From Candidatus Asbonarchaeum danakilense (lineage in GTDB: Archaea > Nanohalarchaeota > Nanosalinia > Nanosalinales > Nanoanaerosalinaceae): a stretch of 18,565 nucleotides of DNA. Position 1 is the stretch's first letter; each line of letters opens with the position of its first letter. The DNA is taken from the NCBI GenBank assembly GCA_034190465.1, contig JAXINV010000003.1:1-18565 (forward strand), read 5' to 3'. Shown in pieces: positions 1 to 7,712 of the stretch. The translations under genes were made by a program, and so were the position numbers. A model generated the notes under the pieces. The model worked only from the letters and a program-made list of their open reading frames with translations. It made no database searches and had not been told where the DNA came from.

Positions 1-483
1 GAGCAGCACCCGCTCCGGCTTGTCGACATCGTGGAAGCCTGTGCGCTCGAACCCGAGCTTCTCATACAGACGGATCGCCGGCTCGACATCAGGATGGGTG
101 CGGAGCACTGCAGAGCCAAAATCCGGGGAGATCCGTGCCAGCAACCGCTCCATCAGCGCGGTGCCGATACCCTCCTCGCGCCGTTCCGGCACCACACCGA
201 GCTCCGCGATGTATGCTGTCGGCTCGTCCAGCTGCTCCCAGAAGTCCTCATCGTCGGGCAGCGGTTCCTCACGGTTGGCAAGCGGGTAGGCCCAGGTGAA
301 GCCGATGATGCCGTCGTCAGCCGCGACCAGAATCTCCGCGTCGCGGTCCAGGTCGCGTTCGATGTACGCCCGCGACTCCTCCTCGTCCACGTGCTGCCAC
401 GGCCCGTCCCACCAGACCGGGACCATCACCCGGGCCAGCTCGTCCAGGTCGCCGGGCGGGTACTCGCGGATCGTGGCGTTCAT
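1..483 (-). CDS. GNAT family N-acetyltransferase (3' end runs off the window)
   Basis: Not in the ORF track; translated by hand from ATG 483: MNATIREYPPGDLDELARVMV...IIGFTWAY...TAYIAELGVVPERREEGIGTALMERLL...VLRTHPDVEPAIRLYEKLGFERTG. It has the acetyl-CoA motif A (V.PE.R..GIG..L) and motif B (A..LYEKLGF). ATGA overlap with the aMBF1 stop. Confidence 0.9.
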   Translation of the reverse strand, partial: MNATIREYPPGDLDELARVMVPVWWDGPWQHVDEEESRAYIERDLDRDAEILVAADDGIIGFTWAYPLANREEPLPDDEDFWEQLDEPTAYIAELGVVPERREEGIGTALMERLLARISPDFGSAVLRTHPDVEPAIRLYEKLGFERTGFHDVDKPERVLL

Positions 484-962
484 CCCTCTTCCTTCGTCGT
501 GACATCGGCCACATCGCCGATCGTCGCGGTGTCGTTGCTCGACGAAGCATCAGCGGCCTCATAGTCCGTCTCCGAGACCTCCTCGTACAGCTCGATCTCC
601 AGCTGGTTCTTGATCTTCTGCGCCAGCCGCTTGTCCGGTTTCAGCTTCCCGGACTCGATACGGTGGATGACGGACTCCTTCTCGTTCAGCATATCGGCCA
701 GGTCCTCGATGGAGAGCTCCTCCGACTCCCGTGCCTCCTTGACACGCTTGTCGAAGTCACGGACCAGCTCCTCACGCTGCTCGCGCGGCTTACTCCGCTT
801 CCGGCTCTTACTCTTGCTTCGGCCGCTGGAGGAGGACGAGCTCGAGGAAGAAGTCTCCATGACCTCGCCCGTCTCCCGGCATTCCTCACACAGTTTGAGA
901 ACAGCTCCTTCAACCTTCGTCTTCTTCAGTTCCGCGTCCTGTCCACACATCTCACACTGCAT
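480..962 (-). CDS. mbf1: Archaeal multiprotein bridging factor 1 (aMBF1): Zn ribbon plus Cro/C1 HTH
   Basis: N-terminal CEMCG...VEGAVLKLCEEC Zn ribbon, Ser/Lys-rich linker, HTH (KEARE...LSIEDLADMLNEKESVIHRIESGKLKP), C-terminal TIGD motif. ATG 962 is preferred over GTG 974 because a GGTGGA SD-like sequence lies upstream. Confidence 0.93.
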   Translation of the reverse strand: MQCEMCGQDAELKKTKVEGAVLKLCEECRETGEVMETSSSSSSSSSGRSKSKSRKRSKPREQREELVRDFDKRVKEARESEELSIEDLADMLNEKESVIHRIESGKLKPDKRLAQKIKNQLEIELYEEVSETDYEAADASSSNDTATIGDVADVTTKEEG

Positions 963-1033
963 CTGATCCACCACACACGTCGTGTCGCGCGTGTACTGGG
1001 CATGTGTACCTGAGGTATTTAACGGTGAGCCCG

Positions 1034-1058
1034 GCCGTCAACGGATTTAAAACTGGGC
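1034..1058 (+). promoter_or_regulatory. BRE/TATA promoter (GTCAA...TTTAAAA) for the 78-aa gene; a divergent TATA for mbf1 lies at ~1016-1023
   Basis: AT-rich box TTTAAAA at 1046-1052 in GC-rich DNA, ~22 nt before ATG 1074, consistent with a leaderless transcript. Confidence 0.6.
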
Positions 1059-1073
1059 GCGCAATCCGGCGGC

Positions 1074-1310
1074 ATGGACTACACCGTCACCGCGTGCCGG
1101 CGCGGCGGCTACAACATCGTCGTCGACGCGGACTACGACGAGGTCCTCGAACTGCTGGAGGACCAGGACGTCGAGTTCCTCAGCCGGACACCCCACCTGG
1201 CAGTCATCCGCTTCGACGGCGAGAAACTGTCCGTCAAGCCCGGCAAGCTGGTGGCGAAGGTCGAGGAAGAGGAGCGGGCGGAGGAGCTGGCCGCGTCACT
1301 CCTCGACTGA
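1074..1310 (+). CDS. Small acidic hypothetical protein (78 aa), possible TBP-like alpha/beta half-fold
   Basis: ATG start, TATA upstream, genome-typical codon usage and acidic composition. Single N-terminal Cys (TACR). Confidence 0.75.
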   Translation: MDYTVTACRRGGYNIVVDADYDEVLELLEDQDVEFLSRTPHLAVIRFDGEKLSVKPGKLVAKVEEEERAEELAASLLD

Positions 1311-1652
1311 ATCGTAGACCTCCTCGTACAGCGCTTCTTCATCCATAAACCGGAACGTGATCAGCGCTTCCTGACCGTTGTCACGCGGGTCCTCGACGCG
1401 GTACTCCGTGCCCCGTCTTTCATCGGTCTCCTGGTCGTACAGCCCGAACTCCTTCGGGCGGTAGAGCGCATCCTCCGCGGTCTGTTCCTCCGCGTAACCC
1501 GGCGGGTCTTCACCGACATCGCCCCAGCCCAGGTCGTCGCTCAGGACCTCGGCCTCCTCGCGGCTGAACCCGTAGGCCATCAGGTCCTCGACCTCGGCAG
1601 GGTTGCCGTCCCCGCGTCGCTTCTCGTAGCCCTCCCGCATGACGTTCATCAT
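1296..1652 (-). CDS. Acidic hypothetical protein (118 aa)
   Basis: ATG start with TTTAAATA (minus strand, 1674-1681) ~22 nt upstream. Halophilic composition; no recognisable family. Confidence 0.7.
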   Translation of the reverse strand: MMNVMREGYEKRRGDGNPAEVEDLMAYGFSREEAEVLSDDLGWGDVGEDPPGYAEEQTAEDALYRPKEFGLYDQETDERRGTEYRVEDPRDNGQEALITFRFMDEEALYEEVYDSVEE

Positions 1653-1671
1653 GTGAAGAAACAGGGGAGAA

Positions 1672-1697
1672 GTTATTTAAATATTTTAGCCAAAAAC
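1672..1697 (-). promoter_or_regulatory. TATA box for the 118-aa gene, plus a T-tract (GGTTTTT) that may terminate thiI transcription
   Basis: Minus strand reads TCGGTTTTTGGCTAAAATATTTAAATAAC, a markedly AT-rich stretch in GC-rich DNA. Confidence 0.6.
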
Positions 1698-1706
1698 CGA
1701 GAGAAT

Positions 1707-2354
1707 TTAACGTTCGTTCACTAGTTGGGTCTCGGCGCGTTCCAGGCTCCGGTCGACGAGGTCGCCCAAATCGAATCGCTCCTCGATCTCCCGCATCCGT
1801 TCCAGCGTGCCGTGGGTCTCGGGGTGGTCCGGTGTGGCGGAGCAGACGATCCCGCCCTGCCGTGAGAGGTCGAACGTACCGATCCGCCGCGCCTCCTGCG
1901 ACAGCTCGTAGTTGTCCAGCCCCAGGACCGGCCGGAAGACAGGGACGGTCGCCGCGTCGTCGATGACGACCATGTTGTCCAGCGTCTGGGACGCGACCTG
2001 CGCCAAATTCTCCCCGGTCACCAGGCCGCCTGCGTCGCGCCGGGAGGCCAGCTCCGAGGCGACACGGAACATCATCCGGCGGGAGAACAGGCAGGCGTAG
2101 TCCACCTCCTCGTCGTCCGCTTCCTGCAGGTACGCCTCCTGCACGAAGCCGTGCGGCACAGTGTGGAGCGGGATGGATGCGTCATGGCTTTCCGCCAGCT
2201 CCTCGACCGTCGCTACAGCCGTCTCGATGTCTTCCTCGTCGGTGAACGGCCGGTTGTCGAACACGACCGCCTCCATGTCGAACCCCTTCGCCAGCATCCG
2301 ATGGGTAGCGACCGGCGAGTCCAGCCCCCCTGAATTCAGCGCCAGCAGCTTCAT
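1707..2354 (-). CDS. thiI: ThiI-family tRNA sulfurtransferase, PP-loop catalytic domain only (no THUMP/NFLD)
   Basis: Motifs SGGLDSPVA (PP-loop), RRMM, VTGENLAQVASQTLDN, FRPVLGLD, A.RIGTF..S and C...P.HPET are diagnostic of ThiI. Confidence 0.88.
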   Translation of the reverse strand: MKLLALNSGGLDSPVATHRMLAKGFDMEAVVFDNRPFTDEEDIETAVATVEELAESHDASIPLHTVPHGFVQEAYLQEADDEEVDYACLFSRRMMFRVASELASRRDAGGLVTGENLAQVASQTLDNMVVIDDAATVPVFRPVLGLDNYELSQEARRIGTFDLSRQGGIVCSATPDHPETHGTLERMREIEERFDLGDLVDRSLERAETQLVNER

Positions 2355-2363
2355 GACGGGAAA

Positions 2364-2391
2364 CGATTTAAACGCGAAAGCTTAAATTATA
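2364..2391. promoter_or_regulatory. Divergent promoter region between thiI and the surface protein gene (CGAAA-GC-TTAAAT BRE/TATA on +)
   Basis: Sequence gatttaaacgcgaaagcttaaattata in a 74-bp divergent intergenic gap. Confidence 0.6.
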
Positions 2392-2428
2392 CAGTACGTC
2401 CAGCGGCGACCAACACAGTGATCCCCGC

Positions 2429-5400
2429 ATGAACCAGGGAAGGAACATTCTCGGCCTCGCACTCCTCACCGTTCTAATCGCTGGGCTGTCAGCGAGCGCT
2501 GTAGCGGCCGCACCCCAGATAACGTTCGTCAACCCCGCCAACCAATCCCCGCTTTCCGGTGTCGTGGCCTTCAACGTCACCAACACCAGCGGCGATTTCA
2601 ACGACGCCAACACGCGTTTCAACTTCTCCAGGAACAGCACAGTGTTCGCGAGTTCGCTCAACGAGACCGATCCGAACTTCGTCAATCTGACACAGGATAC
2701 CACAGGCTGGAACGACGGCTTCTACCGCATCAACGCCACCGCGTACAACGCCTCGTCGGGAGCGATCTATGATTCTAACTTCACCTGGATCACCATCGAC
2801 AACACCGATCCCTCGATCAATGTCACCACCCCTGACGTCGACGGCAACTTCACCACCACGTCCGAGCTCATCGAGGCCAACGTGACCGACAATCTTAGTT
2901 CGATCAGCGCGGCCGATTACGTGCTCAAGAACGGCTCCACCATCAAGAAACAGGGCAGTCTTTCGCTCCAGGCCGGTCTCTACAACACGACCGTCGACTT
3001 CTCAGGGCAGACCGACGGAACGTACACTCTCCTCATCAACACGACCGATGCAGCCGGCAACACCGCCAACGTGACACAGACCATCCACATCGACTACAAC
3101 CCACCGAGCATCTCGTTCAACAGCGATGCGAACTTCATCAACGTCACGATCACCGACAAGGCATGGTCAGTCAACGCATCGACAGCCGTTTTCACACTTG
3201 AAGACAGCTCAGGAACGCTTCTTAACGGAACAGGCGGAACAGCAAGCTCCAACACCTCGCTCGTGGACCAGAACAACGACTTCTACACCTACGATATCAA
3301 CACCAGCGACTTCACCGCCGGCAACTACACACTCCACATCTGGGCGAACGACACCAACGACAACCAGGGGAACAACGTCCACACAACCTTCTACATCGAC
3401 GAGAGAGCACCGAACGTCACCGGCCTGATGATCAACGATACAAGCAACGCCTCGTCCTTCTACAAGATCACGAACGAGACCGTCTTCTCGCTCAACGCCA
3501 CGTACAGCGACAACATCGGGGTCGCCTCCTGCTCCTACAACGTCTACAATGAGAGCGAATGGGCGAACGGTGCTGCAACGCGGAGCGGGGGCATGAACCT
3601 CAGCGTCGTCGCCGCGTCCACAGCGAACGTCAGCGAGATCGACCTCACAGGGCTGCAGGGCAACTACACGTTCCAGGTCAGCTGCCGGGACTACGCCAGC
3701 AACACCGCCACCAACACGACCATCGAGATGACCGGCGGCACCACCGTCTCCTGGTTCCCGGTCGACGACGCCGGACCGTACGTCGTCGATGGCTCGATCA
3801 GCCCGGCCAACGAATCCTACGTCGCCTCGACCGACCCCGCCATCGGCCTTGACCTGCAGGACTTCTCCACGATCGACAACAGCAGCATCACCGCCTGGTT
3901 CAACGGCAACCTCAGCAACGTCACCCTGTCAGGCGACAACACGACGACGCTGACCGTCAGGCTCGACCAGAGCAGCCTGCAGGACGGCAAAGAATACTCA
4001 GTCATCATCAACAGCAGCGACGCCCGCGGCGTCCCGATGGGCAACGTCAGCTTCAACTTCACCGTCGACACCACCGCCCCGACGCGGAACAACTTCAACC
4101 TCACGACCAGCGGCACCGATGGACCAGGCGGCACCACGTGGTACAACAGCGGGATCAACATCGACGCCGAATGCACCGACACGACAGCAGGCATCGCGAA
4201 CTACACCCTCGCGCCGCAGAGCAGCGGGAACGGTGACGGCGACAACGCCACAGGCAGCGGCCAACAGACCCTGACATTCAGCCCGGCCGCCGACACCGTC
4301 GACAGCAGCGTCACCTTGACCGTCACCTGCACCGACAAGGCCGGGAACAGCAACTCCACCACGTTCGATGTCGCCATCGACACAAGCGCGCCGACCCTCG
4401 AGACCAAGCAGCCGACCAGCGACAAGACAAAGAGCAGCCTTCCCTACTCCCAGACGTTCACCGTCCGGGTTGAAGATACCGGCTCCGGCTTCACCTCCGG
4501 CGGATGGTACACCACGACCGATACCCCTGTCCCCTACGTCGACGGCACGTCACAGAGCGACTACGGGCCGACGGTCGGCAATGACTACATCGAATATTCC
4601 TGGAGCACCAGTATCGACGAGGGGAGCCACAGTGTTTCCTTCGACAACGGCGGCGACCTCGTCGTGCAGGATGCGGCCGGCAACGACCTCACCGTCAACG
4701 CCTGGAGCTTCAACGTCAGCAAGAGCGCGACACAGAACCTGACCAACCCCAACCTGGAGGTCGGATCACCCACCGACATCTCGTTGATCCCCGGCCGGTC
4801 CAAGACCGTCAGCATCACCGTCGACAACACAGGGGACGCGCAGGCCGACGTCACAGTGACGACCGACAACGACAACAACGACCTGACAATCACGCCTGAC
4901 CCGAGCGACTTCACCCTGGACGCCGGCAGCTCGCAGCAGGTCGACGTCACGGTCCAGGCCAGCGAGCAGTTCAGCGGCAGCCCCTCCGTCTCTGTCACAT
5001 TTAGCTACGGCGGCAACAGCGACACCGTCAGCTTCAACGTCAACGCCAACGAAGGGTCACCGACACTCAACATCGCATCCGCCCCCACCGAGGTCAGCAT
5101 CACAGCCGGCAACTTCACAGCCATCAGTCTCAGCGTCGAGAACAGCGGGACAGCAAAGGTCAACGGGCTCACCCCTGCACTCGGCCAGTTCACACTGACC
5201 TCCGCCACCCCGTCAGCCCTCGACGTGCCGACAGGACAGACCCGGAGCATCGACCTCAACATCTCAGTTCCCGGCAACCACGAGATCGGCGTCTTCCCGA
5301 CGACCGTCACCCTTTCAAACGACGACCACAGCGTCACCAAAGAGCTCTCCATCAAAGTCCAGCCCAGCTCGAACGCAACGCGGCAGAACATCTCCTTATC

Positions 5401-5893
5401 CCTCAACACGCTCCGGGAGACCGTCAACAACATCCAGAACGAGACACTGAAACAGGAGCTCACGCAGAAGATCAACGACGCCCAGACCGCCATCGTCGCC
5501 AACGACTACGCTCAGGCAGCAGAAATCATAGAGACTATCAAAAAGCAGATCCAGGGCGCCGAAACATCCACAGCCCCATCAGGTAGAAGGACAGGCGGCG
5601 GCATTCCGATACTCCCCCTCCTCATCGCCATCCTCGTCCTCGTCGGAGCAGCCGGGGTCCTCGCCTACGTCTTCCTCATCAGCCCGGACGAAGGGGGCGG
5701 CGAGGCCACCTTCAGTGAGACATCCAACAGAATCGAAGAAATCGGCAAGGAGTTCCTCGACGCCACCGGCAACCTCATCGCCAAAGTCGAACGGTTCTTC
5801 TCCAACCTCCTCGGCTCAGAGGAAGAAAACGAAGCCAGCGACGAGGAAGACGTCGAAGTCGACCGGAAGAAAATCAGGTTCGACGAAGTCTGA
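2429..5893 (+). CDS. Large membrane-anchored cell-surface glycoprotein with tandem Ig-like repeats, CARDB/NEW3-like domains, helical stalk and C-terminal TM
   Basis: Sec signal peptide (MNQGRNILGLALLTVLIAGLSASAVAA). Recurrent Ig-fold signatures (D.AGN...(I/V)DxxxP), very many N-x-S/T sequons, hydrophobic anchor IPILPLLIAILVLVGAAGVLAYVFLI and an acidic tail. Confidence 0.88.
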   Translation: MNQGRNILGLALLTVLIAGLSASAVAAAPQITFVNPANQSPLSGVVAFNVTNTSGDFNDANTRFNFSRNSTVFASSLNETDPNFVNLTQDTTGWNDGFYRINATAYNASSGAIYDSNFTWITIDNTDPSINVTTPDVDGNFTTTSELIEANVTDNLSSISAADYVLKNGSTIKKQGSLSLQAGLYNTTVDFSGQTDGTYTLLINTTDAAGNTANVTQTIHIDYNPPSISFNSDANFINVTITDKAWSVNASTAVFTLEDSSGTLLNGTGGTASSNTSLVDQNNDFYTYDINTSDFTAGNYTLHIWANDTNDNQGNNVHTTFYIDERAPNVTGLMINDTSNASSFYKITNETVFSLNATYSDNIGVASCSYNVYNESEWANGAATRSGGMNLSVVAASTANVSEIDLTGLQGNYTFQVSCRDYASNTATNTTIEMTGGTTVSWFPVDDAGPYVVDGSISPANESYVASTDPAIGLDLQDFSTIDNSSITAWFNGNLSNVTLSGDNTTTLTVRLDQSSLQDGKEYSVIINSSDARGVPMGNVSFNFTVDTTAPTRNNFNLTTSGTDGPGGTTWYNSGINIDAECTDTTAGIANYTLAPQSSGNGDGDNATGSGQQTLTFSPAADTVDSSVTLTVTCTDKAGNSNSTTFDVAIDTSAPTLETKQPTSDKTKSSLPYSQTFTVRVEDTGSGFTSGGWYTTTDTPVPYVDGTSQSDYGPTVGNDYIEYSWSTSIDEGSHSVSFDNGGDLVVQDAAGNDLTVNAWSFNVSKSATQNLTNPNLEVGSPTDISLIPGRSKTVSITVDNTGDAQADVTVTTDNDNNDLTITPDPSDFTLDAGSSQQVDVTVQASEQFSGSPSVSVTFSYGGNSDTVSFNVNANEGSPTLNIASAPTEVSITAGNFTAISLSVENSGTAKVNGLTPALGQFTLTSATPSALDVPTGQTRSIDLNISVPGNHEIGVFPTTVTLSNDDHSVTKELSIKVQPSSNATRQNISLSLNTLRETVNNIQNETLKQELTQKINDAQTAIVANDYAQAAEIIETIKKQIQGAETSTAPSGRRTGGGIPILPLLIAILVLVGAAGVLAYVFLISPDEGGGEATFSETSNRIEEIGKEFLDATGNLIAKVERFFSNLLGSEEENEASDEEDVEVDRKKIRFDEV

Positions 5894-5923
5894 CGGCCTC
5901 GTGAGAATAGACAGCGGAAAAAT

Positions 5924-6115
5924 TCAGTATTTCTTGTTCTCAAGCACACGGACGATATAGCCCGCGACCCTGTTGCGGACCTTCCGGCTCTCAAACTGCT
6001 CCATCTCCTTCAGCTCATCCTTATTGTGCTCAAACTCCTCACTGAAGCGGTCCTCCTCATTTTCAACCAGTTGCTTCGCCAGTCGCTTGATGTACGTCGG
6101 TCGTACGCGTCCCAT
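5924..6115 (-). CDS. rps17e: 30S ribosomal protein S17e
   Basis: MGRVRPTYIKRLAKQL...FSEEFEHNK...SRKVRNRVAGYI is the S17e signature. Start is ATG 6115. Confidence 0.96.
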   Translation of the reverse strand: MGRVRPTYIKRLAKQLVENEEDRFSEEFEHNKDELKEMEQFESRKVRNRVAGYIVRVLENKKY

Positions 6116-6146
6116 CGTGACACCAGAGATCAACTTACCACGAACT

Positions 6147-6206
6147 GTTTTAAACCTTGACCGGGCCAGCCGCCGCACACAGCCGTCAAGCTATATTAAA
6201 CTGGGC
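6147..6206. promoter_or_regulatory. Back-to-back BRE/TATA promoters for rps17e (-) and nop5 (+)
   Basis: Minus strand: GGTCAAGG-TTTAAAA. Plus strand: CGTCAAGC-TATATTAAA. The arrangement is symmetric. Confidence 0.65.
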
Positions 6207-6243
6207 ACAGCACAACAGCCCGGAGAGCCGCGTGACCACCACC

Positions 6244-7212
6244 ATGCAATACATCGCAAAAAACGTCCTCGGCGTCTTCGTCGTCGAACGCGACCAGGTC
6301 ATCGACCACGAACCATTCCCCGACGACCCAGAAGCCATCGCCGACAGGATAGACGGCGAATGCCGGGAAGAACAGAAGCTCAGCGACAAACACGACGTAT
6401 TCGAAAAGCGGCAGCACGACGCCTTCGACCTCGGACGGCAGACAGACCTCATCGACGATGCGTCCGAACTCTACCAGCGGCAGCACGACGTCACCCAGGA
6501 ATACACACGCGACAGGATCGAAGCCAGTCACAACAAGGACAAGATCCTCGTCCAGGCAACCCGCGCCATCAACGACCTCGACGAGATCAACAACCGGCTC
6601 ATCGAACGACTGCGGTCCTGGTACGAACTCTACTTCCCCGAGGCCGAGGCACAAATCGACGACCACGACGAATTCGCACGGCAGGTCGCCAAACGGTTCG
6701 ACCGGGACAGCATCGACCTCGGGGAAGACATTAACAGCACCGGCATGGAATTCGGCGACCGTGACAGAGAAATCCTCCAGCAGTACGCCGAACGGGTCAT
6801 GCAGAACCGGCGGCAGCGGGACGAGATCGAGACATACGTCAAGAACCTCGCAGAGAAGATCGCACCCAACCTCGCCGCCGTCCTCGGCAAACTGCTCGCC
6901 GCCCGGATGATCGCCCTCGCCGGCTCCCTGGAAGACCTCGCCAAGATGCCGTCCTCCACCATCCAGGTCCTCGGCGCCGAGAAAGCCCTGTTCCGGCACA
7001 TGCGGGGCGAGGGCTCCGCCCCCAAGCACGGCATCCTCTTCATGCACACCAAGGTCCGCGGCCTGCCCGACAACAAGCGTGGCACCATGTCACGGTTCAT
7101 CGCCAACAAAGCCTCCATCGCAGCCCGGCTCGATCACTTCGACGGCGATTACAAAGGCGACGAACTCAAACAGGAGATCAGCGAACGGTACCAGGAGGTC
7201 ACCGACCGATGA
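6244..7212 (+). CDS. nop5: C/D box sRNP protein Nop5 (Nop56/58 homologue)
   Basis: Motifs ERLRSWYELYFPE, IAPNLAAVLG..LAARMIALAGSLEDLAKMPSSTIQVLGAEKALFRH and PKHG. Start is ATG 6244 (or GTG 6232). Confidence 0.96.
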   Translation: MQYIAKNVLGVFVVERDQVIDHEPFPDDPEAIADRIDGECREEQKLSDKHDVFEKRQHDAFDLGRQTDLIDDASELYQRQHDVTQEYTRDRIEASHNKDKILVQATRAINDLDEINNRLIERLRSWYELYFPEAEAQIDDHDEFARQVAKRFDRDSIDLGEDINSTGMEFGDRDREILQQYAERVMQNRRQRDEIETYVKNLAEKIAPNLAAVLGKLLAARMIALAGSLEDLAKMPSSTIQVLGAEKALFRHMRGEGSAPKHGILFMHTKVRGLPDNKRGTMSRFIANKASIAARLDHFDGDYKGDELKQEISERYQEVTDR

Positions 7213-7712
7213 ACCAGATCACATTGACCCGGATCATCAACGATCTCAGCGACGACCTGTCCGGCCTGCACTGGGCGGTCAGCGGCAACGCCGCCGTCCA
7301 GATCTACACCGGCAGCGACATCGAGGTCATCGACATCGACGGCGTCATGGACCTGAAGAACTACCCCGAAGCCGCACTCAGGCTCGACACCGACGTCGAC
7401 ACCCACATCGACAGCAGCGGTGTCAAGGTCTTCGAACTCGAGCAGGTCTACCGCGACGTCCCCGTCTCCTTCCGCACCACCAACTTCGAACACGAACTCG
7501 ACCTCTTCGACCGGGTCACCTACCGGCGGTACAACGACACCGACGTCCCCGTCGTCCCGCCAGAATACCTCCTCGCCAACCTCGTCCAGCAGGACGGCCG
7601 TGAACGCGACATCAAAGCACTCAGAGAACAGCTCGACATCGACGCCGACTACCTCCGGACCTGCATCCGCGTCCTCGGCGTCGAAGCCAACCTGCTCGGT
7701 GACATGACATGA
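7209..7712 (+). CDS. Uncharacterised Pol-beta-superfamily nucleotidyltransferase-fold protein (DUF2204/AbiEii-like)
   Basis: WAVSGNAAVQIY...DID matches the hG[GS]xA...DhD pattern. C-terminal VPVVPPEYLL...GRERDI..L....D..YL......LG matches the helical tail of such NTases. ATGA overlaps with both neighbours. Confidence 0.65.
   Translation: MNQITLTRIINDLSDDLSGLHWAVSGNAAVQIYTGSDIEVIDIDGVMDLKNYPEAALRLDTDVDTHIDSSGVKVFELEQVYRDVPVSFRTTNFEHELDLFDRVTYRRYNDTDVPVVPPEYLLANLVQQDGRERDIKALREQLDIDADYLRTCIRVLGVEANLLGDMT

Noticed and set aside
790..860. Poly-Ser and Lys/Arg low-complexity run in mbf1
   Set aside because: A known flexible linker in halophile aMBF1 proteins; mixed codons, so not a DNA tandem repeat.
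1540..1590. UBA-like motif (LMAYGFSREEAEVL) in the 118-aa protein
   Set aside because: Too short, and no third helix is evident.
1580..1652. Possible C/D box sRNA (ATGATGA ... CTGA on the minus strand)
   Set aside because: It coincides with the start codons of the 118-aa ORF, the 73-nt span is long for an archaeal guide, and no convincing C'/D' boxes are present.
6156..6190. CTTGAC...GTCAAG inverted repeat as an RNA hairpin
   Set aside because: Better explained by mirror-image BRE elements of two back-to-back promoters.
7209..7712. NTase as part of an MNT-HEPN or AbiE toxin-antitoxin pair
   Set aside because: No adjacent HEPN or antitoxin gene; both neighbours are core sRNP genes.
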